Source: Fibrobacter sp. (GTDB taxonomy: Bacteria > Fibrobacterota > Fibrobacteria > Fibrobacterales > Fibrobacteraceae). Taken from it: a stretch of DNA of 64,000 bases. The stretch covers positions 6,736-70,735 of the forward strand of contig JAFXRC010000072.1 of the NCBI GenBank assembly GCA_017526585.1. The letters are read 5' to 3'. A program made the translations under genes and the position numbers. Under the pieces are notes generated by a model. That model did not search any database, had not been told where the DNA came from, and saw nothing but the letters and a program-made list of their open reading frames with translations. Shown piece by piece: positions 48,476 through 58,064 of the stretch (position 1 is its first letter; every line of letters begins with the position of its first letter).

Positions 48476-49741
48476 CTATTTTCTGCCCGCAATTTTCAGA
48501 GCACAGGCATTCGCTTCTTTAACAATATCTTCTTCGCCATCGACATGGCGGTTTTTCATCACGAACTTGCCATTACAGATAACCGAATGAATGGCGCTGC
48601 GATCTGCCGCATAGACCCAGTTGCTTTCCAAGTCATGTAATGGATTCAGGCGTTCGTTCTTTAAATCTAGCAACAGAGCGTCGGCAAAGAAACCTTCGGC
48701 AATGACACCCGCTGGAATCCCATACGCAAAAGCCGTATTTGCCGTAGCAAGCTTGAGCGCCATCCCTGCAGGGACCGCTTCGGCACATCCATTCTTGCCT
48801 TCCACTTTCGCAAGGAGCGAAACAAGTTTCATTTCTTCGTGCATGTCCAAGTTGTTGTTCGAAGAGGCACCATCGGTGCCAAGCCCCACTAAAACGCCGC
48901 TATTCAGGAGCGCGTTCACCTTGGGAATTCCACTGCCGAGTTTCAAATTCGAGCAAGGATTCAAGATTGCAGCCGCACCTCTTTCTGCCATGGTCTGCAT
49001 TTCCTTTTCAGATAAATGGACGCAATGGGCCCCCACAAAGTTGTCATTCAGGATTCCCCACTTGTCCAAGACTTCTACCGGGGTTCCCCCATACTGTTTT
49101 TTGCAGTCCTTCACTTCCTTGAGCGTTTCGGACAAATGAGTGTGCAACACATAGCCTTCTTCTCGCGCCACCTTTGCACAACGCTTGAACATTTTTTCGC
49201 CGACCGTATAGATCGAATGCGGCATCACCGCAAGCTTTACCCTATCGGATTCAAGCCGGTGATCTTTCAAGAACTTGAAATTGTCTTCGACCTGTTGCGA
49301 GGACATTAAATTTTCGGCAAAGGTCACGCCAATGGTGGCTCGGATCCCCATTTCCTTCACCACCTTCATGGTCTGTTCGCGTTTCCAATACATGTCGGAA
49401 AAGAAGACTGTACCGGATTTAATCATTTCCAACACCGCAAGGCGAGACCCTATTTCAATATCTTTCGCCGTCAGTTTCGCCTCGAACGGCCAAACATATT
49501 CCGTCAGCCATTTCATAAGCGGCATATCATCGGCATAGCCGCGCAAGAGCGTCATGGCGGCATGGGTGTGTCCGTTGTAGAACGGCGGCACTATGGCGAG
49601 CCCCTTGCAATTTACCACATCTGCATTTTCGTAATCCCGTTCAGAAAGGGAACGCAAAACCTTGGAAAACTTTTTTCCCGAAATCAATATGTCTTGAGTT
49701 TTACCTTGGAATAATACAGATTGTAATATCAGTTTGCTCAT
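48476..49741 (-). CDS. Amidohydrolase, MTA/SAH deaminase-like
   Basis: NGHTHAAMTLLRGYADD, PHSIY, HTHLSE and GTDGASSNN motifs. Confidence 0.88.
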   Translation of the reverse strand: MSKLILQSVLFQGKTQDILISGKKFSKVLRSLSERDYENADVVNCKGLAIVPPFYNGHTHAAMTLLRGYADDMPLMKWLTEYVWPFEAKLTAKDIEIGSRLAVLEMIKSGTVFFSDMYWKREQTMKVVKEMGIRATIGVTFAENLMSSQQVEDNFKFLKDHRLESDRVKLAVMPHSIYTVGEKMFKRCAKVAREEGYVLHTHLSETLKEVKDCKKQYGGTPVEVLDKWGILNDNFVGAHCVHLSEKEMQTMAERGAAAILNPCSNLKLGSGIPKVNALLNSGVLVGLGTDGASSNNNLDMHEEMKLVSLLAKVEGKNGCAEAVPAGMALKLATANTAFAYGIPAGVIAEGFFADALLLDLKNERLNPLHDLESNWVYAADRSAIHSVICNGKFVMKNRHVDGEEDIVKEANACALKIAGRK

Positions 49742-49855
49742 CGGAGACCGACCCTTAACGTGTTTTTTTTCTTAATAATAGCAAAAGGAGTCTTTTTTTC
49801 ATAAAAAAAAATACCGGTTAGTTCATTTTTTCAACTTTTAATATATAATTATGGT

Positions 49856-50854
49856 ATGAGCACAAATGAACTAGAGACTTTGCCCATATCGAGGGCAGAA
49901 TTTCAGCGGCAGGAGATATTCAAGAACGTCGCTTTCGAGAGCCTTGCTGGTTACCTGCTAGGCTGTAAGACGATATTCCCAAAACCTGGCGAATTGCTCA
50001 TCGACCCGGAGCAGCCTCAACGCCGCCTCCTCGTTTTACTAGACGGTCTTATGGAAGTGCAGGTGGAAGCGCAAGGCGGAAACTTCACAAGCTTAATCCA
50101 GCCGGGACACTGCGCCGGAGAAATGTCCATTTTCGAAAATGTCAAGCCGAGCGCAAAAGTTTTCGCAAAAGAAAACTGCAAGATATTGATTATCGATGGC
50201 GACACGGCGCTTGCGATGCTCAACGCTTCGCACGACCTCTGCCTCAACTTTTTGCAAATCCTCAGCAACCGCATCCGTAACAGCAACAAGGTCGTCTGCG
50301 AAGAGGAATATCACATCCGCTGCATCGAAGAAAACGCAAAGGTCGACGCCCTTACCGGACTGCATAACCGTCGCTGGCTAGAGGAAATGTACACCAGGGA
50401 ACTGAGCCGAAGCAATTCGGGAAACCTGCACCTGTCCGCGTTCATGCTCGACATCGACCATTTCAAAAACATCAACGACACCTACGGTCATATTGTCGGA
50501 GACCAGGTGCTCATCGCTGTCGCAAAGGCAATCCTACACTGTCTGCGTCCTACAGACATGCCGGTTCGCTACGGCGGCGAGGAATTCACGATATTCTTGC
50601 CGGGAACCAGCATCGAGAACGCAAAAATTGTCGGCGAACGGCTGCGTTCTTGCATCGAGGCAATGAAAATCCCTCTGCCCGACAAGAACGACTGCATCTC
50701 CGTCACCATCAGCGTCGGGTTCACCGAACGTAAGGATGGGGACACCGTCGAGACAATCATCAAGCGCGCCGACGAGGCTCTCTACTGCGCCAAGGAAGCT
50801 GGACGCAACAGGGTTTGCGTGAACCTCGGCGACGGCGCGATGTTTTTATTTTAA
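49856..50854 (+). CDS. cNMP-binding domain diguanylate cyclase
   Basis: GEMSIF CAP-like domain; DALTGLHNRR, DIDHFKNIND, RxxD I-site and GGEEF. Confidence 0.93.
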   Translation: MSTNELETLPISRAEFQRQEIFKNVAFESLAGYLLGCKTIFPKPGELLIDPEQPQRRLLVLLDGLMEVQVEAQGGNFTSLIQPGHCAGEMSIFENVKPSAKVFAKENCKILIIDGDTALAMLNASHDLCLNFLQILSNRIRNSNKVVCEEEYHIRCIEENAKVDALTGLHNRRWLEEMYTRELSRSNSGNLHLSAFMLDIDHFKNINDTYGHIVGDQVLIAVAKAILHCLRPTDMPVRYGGEEFTIFLPGTSIENAKIVGERLRSCIEAMKIPLPDKNDCISVTISVGFTERKDGDTVETIIKRADEALYCAKEAGRNRVCVNLGDGAMFLF

Positions 50855-50859
50855 ATCAC

Positions 50860-50886
50860 AAAAAAGGCTCCCGGAGGAGCCTTTTT
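50860..50886. terminator. Bidirectional terminator
   Basis: aaaaaggctcc-cgga-ggagccttttt. Confidence 0.85.
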
Positions 50887-50910
50887 AATTTATACAAATC
50901 AATTACACTT

Positions 50911-52224
50911 CTAGAGGCGCTTCAGAACCGCGGCAGCGTGGTGGATAAAGCCTTCTTCGGTCGCGACGGCGGCAATTGCCTTCGCATTCTTCTTGATGGC
51001 CTTTTCACTGTAGCGGATGATGCTCATACGCTTGAGGAAGTCGTAGACTCCGAGCGGGCTGAAGAAGCGGCCCGTGCCGTTCGTCGGCAGCACATGGTTC
51101 GGACCCGCAAAATAGTCGCCCACCGGTTCGCTAGACCACGGGCCGATAAACACGGCGCCCGCATTTTCAATCTGGGCAGCCATGGATTCGGCTTCGGCTG
51201 TCATGACTTCCAAATGTTCCGGAGCGATGCGGTTCGCGATTTCAACACCGTCGAACCAGTCCTTCACCACGAGGATGCGACCAAAGTTACCGAGCACCTT
51301 TTCGAGGAGTTCGCGCTTCGGGGAATTTTCAACCTGCACATCGACGCAAGCGGAAATCATCTGGGCGGTTTCCATGTTGTCGGTAATGCAGATTGCCGCT
51401 TCGAAGCCGGAACCGTGTTCCGCCTGAGAAAGCAGGTCCGCCGCGACAAAGTCCGGATCGCAGGTGTTGTCGGCCATCACGAGCACTTCGCTGGGACCAG
51501 CGACCATGTCGATGTCCACGACACCGAAGACTTCCTTCTTCGCAATCGCCGCAAACACGTTGCCCGGGCCCACAATTTTATCGACGCGTTCCACGACGGT
51601 CTTACCCTTGGCATCCTTCGCGCCGTAAGCGAGCAAGCCGATTGCCTGAGCGCCACCGATGTGGTAAACTTCAGTAATGCCGAGTTCCTGCAGCACGAAA
51701 GCCACGGCGCGGTTGATTTCACCCTTAATCGGGGTCACAACCACGATATCCTGAACGCCCGCCACCAGAGCCGGAACGGCGTTCATAATCACGGTACTCG
51801 GGTAAATGCCTGCACCACCCGGCACATAAAGACCCACGCGCTTCATGGGGCGAATACGCTGACCGAGGACTACCCCATCGGCCCCTTCCATGAGCCAGGA
51901 TTCTTCCATCTGGTTCTTGTGGAAGTCGCGAACATTCTTGATAGCCTGCTTCAAGGCCTTCTGGAGTTCGTTGGGGCACTTGGCAGCAGACTTCGCAATG
52001 GCAGACACCGGCACGCGGATGTTCTTGCTCTTGAGACCGTCAAACTTCTGGGCGTATTCCGTCGCCTTGGCGATACCGCCCTTCTTGATGTCGGCAAGGA
52101 TCTGCAAGACCTTGTCATGGATTTCTCTGGACGGAGCGACTTCGCGTCCGCAGATGCGTTCAATTTCAGCAGATTTCGGAGTAACTTTTGTAATAATCAT
52201 AGTAGGAAATAAGATATTAGACAT
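50911..52224 (-). CDS. hisD: Histidinol dehydrogenase
   Basis: GLYVPGG, GGAQAI, IDMVAGPSE, LSQAEHG, PEHLE and GPNHVLPT motifs; start may be 52200. Confidence 0.97.
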   Translation of the reverse strand: MSNILFPTMIITKVTPKSAEIERICGREVAPSREIHDKVLQILADIKKGGIAKATEYAQKFDGLKSKNIRVPVSAIAKSAAKCPNELQKALKQAIKNVRDFHKNQMEESWLMEGADGVVLGQRIRPMKRVGLYVPGGAGIYPSTVIMNAVPALVAGVQDIVVVTPIKGEINRAVAFVLQELGITEVYHIGGAQAIGLLAYGAKDAKGKTVVERVDKIVGPGNVFAAIAKKEVFGVVDIDMVAGPSEVLVMADNTCDPDFVAADLLSQAEHGSGFEAAICITDNMETAQMISACVDVQVENSPKRELLEKVLGNFGRILVVKDWFDGVEIANRIAPEHLEVMTAEAESMAAQIENAGAVFIGPWSSEPVGDYFAGPNHVLPTNGTGRFFSPLGVYDFLKRMSIIRYSEKAIKKNAKAIAAVATEEGFIHHAAAVLKRL

Positions 52225-52249
52225 CTACAAAGATAAAAAAAACAAAAAG

Positions 52250-53047
52250 TTATTTCAACAAAACTTTCTTATGTTCGATATCTAAGATGGAGGGTGTCTT
52301 GGGAACATAGATTTGCCCGTTTTCGGTTATGCCCTGTTTCAGGAGAATGCCGTTGACATCGAACACTTTGTAGGGTGTGGCTTCATTTATTCCTTCAACA
52401 AAGAACGTTTCATGGTTCATGCGGGATAGACGGAATCTATTTTTGATCGAGGTCTTGGAAACGGATGTCGGCTTTTCATCAGGAAGCAAAGTCCACCAGT
52501 TGTCAATCATTATAGCTCCACCATCCACCGGTGAGCCCACACAATCCCATAGCGTGTCGCAAATAATTCCATGAGTATAGAAAACGCCTACTATATCATA
52601 GGAGTCAGAAGTCATATTCGCAATCATTCGGTCAATTAAATGTTCTGCACTGTCTTTTGTTAACTGAGCAACGCCCCATTCTTGTAATTTGAGAAATTCG
52701 TTTCGGAGAATATCTTTTACAGGCAAATCGTTTACACTTTGGGAGCGGCAAGATATGCGATGCATTATTATTTCATTTTCTTCAAAATTCACAAAAACGG
52801 CATAATTTGTATCAAGTGTAGAATAATAGGCGATTCCCGTAAAAATGGTTGTAGAATCCCAAATGTAAATGGAATCAATGCAATTAATAAAGGACTTTGA
52901 GCAAGATTCTCCAAAATCTAAAGAAATGTACCCCTTATCAAATTTCAAATCTGTTCCAACACGGATATTGCTCTCGGGTTTTTCTATTTCATCCGCAAAC
53001 AATATGATTGCAAAGAAAAAAATCAATATTAGAACGTTCTTCAACAC
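52250..53047 (-). CDS. Secreted hypothetical protein with a T9SS-type C-terminal sorting domain
   Basis: Signal peptide; C-terminal YKVFDVNGILLKQG...KKVLLK; AT-rich. Confidence 0.65.
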   Translation of the reverse strand: MLKNVLILIFFFAIILFADEIEKPESNIRVGTDLKFDKGYISLDFGESCSKSFINCIDSIYIWDSTTIFTGIAYYSTLDTNYAVFVNFEENEIIMHRISCRSQSVNDLPVKDILRNEFLKLQEWGVAQLTKDSAEHLIDRMIANMTSDSYDIVGVFYTHGIICDTLWDCVGSPVDGGAIMIDNWWTLLPDEKPTSVSKTSIKNRFRLSRMNHETFFVEGINEATPYKVFDVNGILLKQGITENGQIYVPKTPSILDIEHKKVLLK

Positions 53048-53221
53048 AAACCTCCTATTTGAATGATATTTCTAACGTGGAATGAATTGGGTTAAAATCA
53101 ACACGGTAGATATCTGTATTTTGATGAACTGTTACCATATTACCGAGAAACCTGCCATTGGACAAATATCGAGAGAATGGAAAGAAAAAAAAGAAGATGT
53201 TTCATCATTCATCCGCCCCAT

Positions 53222-53248
53222 AAAAAAGCCCCCGCTACGCGGGGGACT
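53222..53248 (-). terminator. Terminator after cimA
   Basis: GC-rich cccccg/cggggg stem with a T6 tail on the minus strand. Confidence 0.7.
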
Positions 53249-53252
53249 AATC

Positions 53253-54950
53253 TTATCTTTTTGAAATACCCGCGAGGTTACGGATCTTGCGAGCTGTCAA
53301 TTTTTTCTTTTTTTCCGGAGCAGATTCTTCTTTTACAGCGGAGGCGACTGGCTTCACATCCAGATGCTTGTAGGCACCTTCGATAACCTTATTGTCCACC
53401 AGAATCTTGTAGGTAAGCCCATCCACGAATGCCATCCACGACGCTTCGATGATGTTGCTCGAAACGCCGACCACATTCCAGTAGCCCTTTTCGTCGCCGA
53501 AGGTCGTCCACACGCGAACCGTCGCATCGGATGCCACCTTGGAACCCAACACGCGCACCTTATAGTCGTCGAGCTTGACCTTCGCCATATTCGGGAAGAA
53601 CGGGAGCAAAGCCTTGCGAAGAGCCGCGTCCAATGCGTTCACCGGACCGTCGCCTTCGCTCACCTGGTGGCTAATCTTGTCACCAATCTGGAGTTTGACC
53701 GTCGCCTGAGAAACAGACACGCCCTGCGTAGTCTTATCTTCAATGACGCGGTAGCCTAGCACCTTGAACGGTTCCTGGAACATTCCCAGATGGCGGTACA
53801 CCAACATCTTGAAACTTGCTTCGGCGCTATCGAAATGCCAACCGGCGTTTTCGCGTTCCTTGATAAGAGTAAGGAGCTTGCCGACCACCGGATCCTTCTT
53901 GTCGATACCCGGCTTGATTACCTTGAGCTTTTCAACCACAAGGGAACCGCCCGCCTGGTCGCTTGTAACGAACACACGGTCATTACCCACGGCATGCGGA
54001 TCGATATGTTCAAAGCTACGAGAAACCTTCATCACGCCATCGATATGAGCGCCACCCTTATGCGCGAAGGCGGCATCGCCTACATACGGGGCGTGCGGAT
54101 CGCTCGGCAGGTTCACGATCTGGTCCACATTCCCACTCAGCTGGCGGAGTCTCGCTATTTTCTTTGCAGCAAAGAACTTGGCGCCCATCTTGAAATGGAG
54201 GTCGGCGGCAATCGTCGTGAGGTTTGCGTTACCGCAACGTTCACCGAAGCCGTTCACCACGCCCTGCACCATCGTTGCACCGTTCTTTACAGCATAAATG
54301 CTATTGCACACGCCAAGACCGGAATCGTCGTGAACATGGATTCCAATCGGCGTCGAAATGCGCTTCTTCACTTCCTTGACAATTTCTTCAAGTTCCCACG
54401 GCATGGTTCCACCGTTGGTATCGCAAAGCACGATAAAGTCGGCATGACCGTTTTCTGCGGCACGGAGAGTTTCCATGGCGTATTCGGGGTTCGCCTTATA
54501 GCCGTCAAAGAAATGTTCCGCATCATAAATGACTTCTTCGGAATGTTCCTTGAGGTACGCCACCGACGACTCGATCATGTCGAGGTTCTCTTCGAGCGTC
54601 GTGCGTATCACGTCGGTCACATGCAAGTCCCAGCTCTTGCCAAAAATGGTCTTAACGGGAGCACCGGACTTCACGAGCGCCTGCAGCAGCGGATCGTTCT
54701 CAGGCAGGACCTTAGGACGACGAGTCGAACCGAAGGCTGCAATTTTAGCATGCTTCAGCTTGACTTCCTTAATTTTCTGAAAAAATTCCTCGTCCGTCGG
54801 GTTGCTCGGATTGGGCCAACCACCTTCAATATAATCAAAACCAAAACGGTCCAAAAGGCGTGCAATCTGCAACTTGTCGGCTAAGGATAAACTGATTCGG
54901 CGATCCTGGTTTCCATCGCGTAGGGTCGTATCGTATAGGAAGATTTTCAT
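53253..54950 (-). CDS. cimA: Citramalate synthase (LeuA/CimA family)
   Basis: YDTTLRDG, IEGGWP, YDAEHFFDG, LCDTNGG, AHKGGAH and GDGPVNALD motifs. Confidence 0.88.
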   Translation of the reverse strand: MKIFLYDTTLRDGNQDRRISLSLADKLQIARLLDRFGFDYIEGGWPNPSNPTDEEFFQKIKEVKLKHAKIAAFGSTRRPKVLPENDPLLQALVKSGAPVKTIFGKSWDLHVTDVIRTTLEENLDMIESSVAYLKEHSEEVIYDAEHFFDGYKANPEYAMETLRAAENGHADFIVLCDTNGGTMPWELEEIVKEVKKRISTPIGIHVHDDSGLGVCNSIYAVKNGATMVQGVVNGFGERCGNANLTTIAADLHFKMGAKFFAAKKIARLRQLSGNVDQIVNLPSDPHAPYVGDAAFAHKGGAHIDGVMKVSRSFEHIDPHAVGNDRVFVTSDQAGGSLVVEKLKVIKPGIDKKDPVVGKLLTLIKERENAGWHFDSAEASFKMLVYRHLGMFQEPFKVLGYRVIEDKTTQGVSVSQATVKLQIGDKISHQVSEGDGPVNALDAALRKALLPFFPNMAKVKLDDYKVRVLGSKVASDATVRVWTTFGDEKGYWNVVGVSSNIIEASWMAFVDGLTYKILVDNKVIEGAYKHLDVKPVASAVKEESAPEKKKKLTARKIRNLAGISKR

Positions 54951-54986
54951 AGGCTCAAATATAGAAAAAGATACCTCTTAAAAACG

Positions 54987-55014
54987 GAGATGCCCGGTCG
55001 AAGCCGGGCAAGAC
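54987..55014. repeat. Intergenic REP-like palindrome
   Basis: gagatgcccggtcgaagccgggcaagac with a tgcccgg/ccgggca stem. Confidence 0.7.
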
Positions 55015-55048
55015 AACGTGCGGCACCGCCGCGATTATTCTTCAAAGA

Positions 55049-57226
55049 CTACGATTTTTTCTTCTTGTCTTTGTTATAGTAGCCGTACTTGCCATAGTAA
55101 CCGTAGCCACCGTAATAGCCGTAGCCATAACCATGACCTTCGTGTTCACAATGGTTCATCACGAATGCACGCGGCTTGTCTTCGCAGCAACGATCAAGCT
55201 TCATCATGGATTCCTTGATCTGATCCATCGAATGCCTACCATAATGCAGCACGAACAAGGCAAAGTCCACAACCGGATAAATCAGTTCAGAGTCGGTCAC
55301 CAATTCCAGAGGCGGCGTATCGACAACGATGATATCATAAAGGGTCTTCGCGTGTTCCAGAAGATTCTTGAAGTTGTCGCCACGCAAGAGTTCACTCGGC
55401 GCCACATCGGTTTTACCTGCACCGAGGACATACAGGTTCTTGGTAATCGAATCTGCAACAGCGCTTTCAAGAGCACACTTGCCTTCAAGGACATCTCCCA
55501 GACCTTGCTTGTGACGGCTATAGATAACGCCACGACGCATGTCCGCATCAATCAACAGGGTTTTCTTGCCGGAGCCCGCAAAGAGAGCAGCAACGTTCTT
55601 AGAAACAAAAGACTTACCCACACCAGGCACCATGCCGGTCACCATCATCACGCGCAAATCCGTCACCGCAAATTCAATTGCCGTGTACAGCGAACGCAGA
55701 GATTCACTTGCAGGAGAATCCGGGTCTTCTTCAACCAGCGGTTTAACATTCTTGCCCTTGTTACGCTTAGAAAGCACCGCATTTTCAGCCCTTGGAATTT
55801 TAGCATAGACGCTGATTCCGGTTTCCCTTTCCACATCGAGAGAGCTGCGAACACCGCGTTTGGTCATCTGCAGCAGGTAAATCAGCAAAGCTCCCAAAAG
55901 GAAGAAACCGCCCACGCAGCCGGCAAAGATAACCTTCTTGTTCGGTTTGCTCGGACGTCTTTCAATCTGGGCATAGTCCACGATACGCACATTGCCGACT
56001 TCGCCGGCACGCACCACTCGCAACTGCTGGATGTTGTTCAGCATGGAGGTATACTGGGCGTTGTTCACAGCCACTTCTTCTTGCAAGCTCAAGACTTCCT
56101 GCTGGGTAAGCGGCATTTTTGCAGCAGAACCGCGCAGACGGGAAAGTTCGTCACGAAGCTTGTCCTGCTGCTTCACAATAGTCTGGACCGACGGATGTTC
56201 TTCCTTGAACAAGCGGGTCGCCTGCTGACGCTGCTGCTCCAAGTCGAGAATCTGCTTTTCAAGAGAAGAAACCTTTTCGAGGTGAGCGCGCGTTTCGCCG
56301 CCCATATCCACGGAACCAATTTTATGGCGGTAATCAGCCAGTTTCTTTTCGGCGGTATCGAGCTTCGCCTTCACGCCCGGCAGCTGCTGTTCCAGGAATT
56401 CCAAAGTCTTTTCTGCTTCGGCGCTGCGCATTTCGACATTCTGTCGCAAGTAGATATTTGCAATGGAGTTCAGAATCGACGCAGCCCTGTCGGCATAGCG
56501 GTGCGTATAGGAAACACCAATAATGCCAGTCTGCTTGCCCTTTTCGGCAACACTCAGCTGCTTGACAAGTCCCCGAACCGCATCTAGAGGATCGGACTGG
56601 GCGAGCACGAATTTTTGACCCGGAGTCGCAATCATGTGCTTCACCTGAATTACGAGAGAATCGCCACCATAGGAGGCAGAGAGTCGTTCGCCAATCGGCC
56701 CCTGCAAAAGTTTCACCCCTTCGGGAGTGTAGACGGCAAACTCGTTTTCGCTGACGGCCTCAGCCATCCACTTTTCAGCACGCGCAATTTCAGGAATGTA
56801 AAGGTTTTCCAGGTCCATGCGGCCTTCTTTATGGAGCAATCTGTCCATCGCTCCAACCGGATAGGCATTAAAACAAAGATGTTCCTGTTCAACAACGAAG
56901 CTCAAGACCATGCGGCTCTTGAGAAGTTCGATTTCGGCTTCGGCAGGGCTCGCTACTTCCAAAAGGGCACCCATCTCACCCATGGCCTTACCGGCCTTGT
57001 TTCCCTTCACATCAATCTGCAAAAGGGCGTCACTCGTAAACTGGGGTTTCATCCAATTCGATGCCAAAAAGCCCACAACGGCGCCCAAAGCGATGCAAAA
57101 GCCCAAGAATAGCTTATGCTTCAGCAACAAGCCTAAAACTTCAAGGAGATCAATTTCGTCATCGTCCTTGTTTTGAGTCACTGTCGGAACTGTATTTACA
57201 GGAGCTAATTGTGTATTTGGTTCCAT
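55049..57226 (-). CDS. wzc: Polysaccharide co-polymerase / bacterial tyrosine kinase Wzc
   Basis: DEIDL, two TM helices, GVGKS, IDADMR, VDTPP and a C-terminal cluster of 10 Tyr. Confidence 0.93.
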   Translation of the reverse strand: MEPNTQLAPVNTVPTVTQNKDDDEIDLLEVLGLLLKHKLFLGFCIALGAVVGFLASNWMKPQFTSDALLQIDVKGNKAGKAMGEMGALLEVASPAEAEIELLKSRMVLSFVVEQEHLCFNAYPVGAMDRLLHKEGRMDLENLYIPEIARAEKWMAEAVSENEFAVYTPEGVKLLQGPIGERLSASYGGDSLVIQVKHMIATPGQKFVLAQSDPLDAVRGLVKQLSVAEKGKQTGIIGVSYTHRYADRAASILNSIANIYLRQNVEMRSAEAEKTLEFLEQQLPGVKAKLDTAEKKLADYRHKIGSVDMGGETRAHLEKVSSLEKQILDLEQQRQQATRLFKEEHPSVQTIVKQQDKLRDELSRLRGSAAKMPLTQQEVLSLQEEVAVNNAQYTSMLNNIQQLRVVRAGEVGNVRIVDYAQIERRPSKPNKKVIFAGCVGGFFLLGALLIYLLQMTKRGVRSSLDVERETGISVYAKIPRAENAVLSKRNKGKNVKPLVEEDPDSPASESLRSLYTAIEFAVTDLRVMMVTGMVPGVGKSFVSKNVAALFAGSGKKTLLIDADMRRGVIYSRHKQGLGDVLEGKCALESAVADSITKNLYVLGAGKTDVAPSELLRGDNFKNLLEHAKTLYDIIVVDTPPLELVTDSELIYPVVDFALFVLHYGRHSMDQIKESMMKLDRCCEDKPRAFVMNHCEHEGHGYGYGYYGGYGYYGKYGYYNKDKKKKS

Positions 57227-57303
57227 TTCATTCCCTTAAAAAGCTTTTTGTAAAAATAGAAAAACGAACAGAACATTGGAAGTAATTTTTAAGTTTTTTG
57301 CAT

Positions 57304-57342
57304 AAAAAAAGAGCCCTCGGACTTTTACCGAGAGCTACTTTT
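57304..57342 (-). terminator. Terminator after adk
   Basis: ctcgg/ccgag imperfect stem with a T7 tail on the minus strand. Confidence 0.65.
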
Positions 57343-57355
57343 GAAAGTAAGAAAA

Positions 57356-58003
57356 TTACTTGGCCTTAGCCTTCTTCTTTGCAGCAGGCTTCTTGGCGCA
57401 AGCCTTGCAAGCGCTCTTGCAGAACTTCACGTAGGCAGCGAGGGTGTCGCAGAACACTTCGTCCGGGGTGTTGTCGCCGTTGATGCGGCTGATGATGGAC
57501 TTGCTGTACTTGCCGAGAACCTTGGCGGTAGATTCCTTGTAAACCTTGAGGCGGTTCTTGATAACGGCTTCGTCAGCGTCATCCTTACGGCCTTCGATCT
57601 TGGCGCGGTTCAGGAGGCGAGCCACGATGGTCTTTTCGTCCTTGATGTCGAGCACGAAGATGTGCTTCACGTCGACCACGGATTCGATGAGCTTGACCTG
57701 GGCAACCGTGCGAGGAATACCATCGAGGAGGAGGGTGTCCTTATCCGGGTTCACCTTGTTGGTGTTCACGAGGCCTTCGATGAAGCGGCCGAAAATTTCG
57801 ACAGTGGCTTCGTCCGGAACGAGCAGGCCCTTGCTGGAATAAGAAGCGAGGAGCTTGCCGGATTCGCTGGAAGGAGCAATGCCACGGAAGATGTCGCCCG
57901 TGGAAATGTGCTTGAGAGACGTAGTAGCAGCGAGCTTTGCGCCGACGGTACCCTTGCCGGAACCCGGTGCGCCAAAGATGAGAACTGCAGGAATTTTAGC
58001 CAT
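57356..58003 (-). CDS. adk: Adenylate kinase (short LID) with a Lys/Ala-rich tail
   Basis: GAPGSGKGT, HISTGDIFR, LDGIPRT and GRKDD motifs. Confidence 0.92.
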   Translation of the reverse strand: MAKIPAVLIFGAPGSGKGTVGAKLAATTSLKHISTGDIFRGIAPSSESGKLLASYSSKGLLVPDEATVEIFGRFIEGLVNTNKVNPDKDTLLLDGIPRTVAQVKLIESVVDVKHIFVLDIKDEKTIVARLLNRAKIEGRKDDADEAVIKNRLKVYKESTAKVLGKYSKSIISRINGDNTPDEVFCDTLAAYVKFCKSACKACAKKPAAKKKAKAK

Positions 58004-58064
58004 TGTGATAACCTCTTGGGTTTAGTGTTGAAATTTTTCGAGCGAAAATATAGTTAATTACGAT

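Noticed and set aside
53082-53264. 60-aa plus-strand ORF running through the cimA terminator
   Set aside because: No clear SD or recognisable motif; probably a chance ORF in AT-rich DNA
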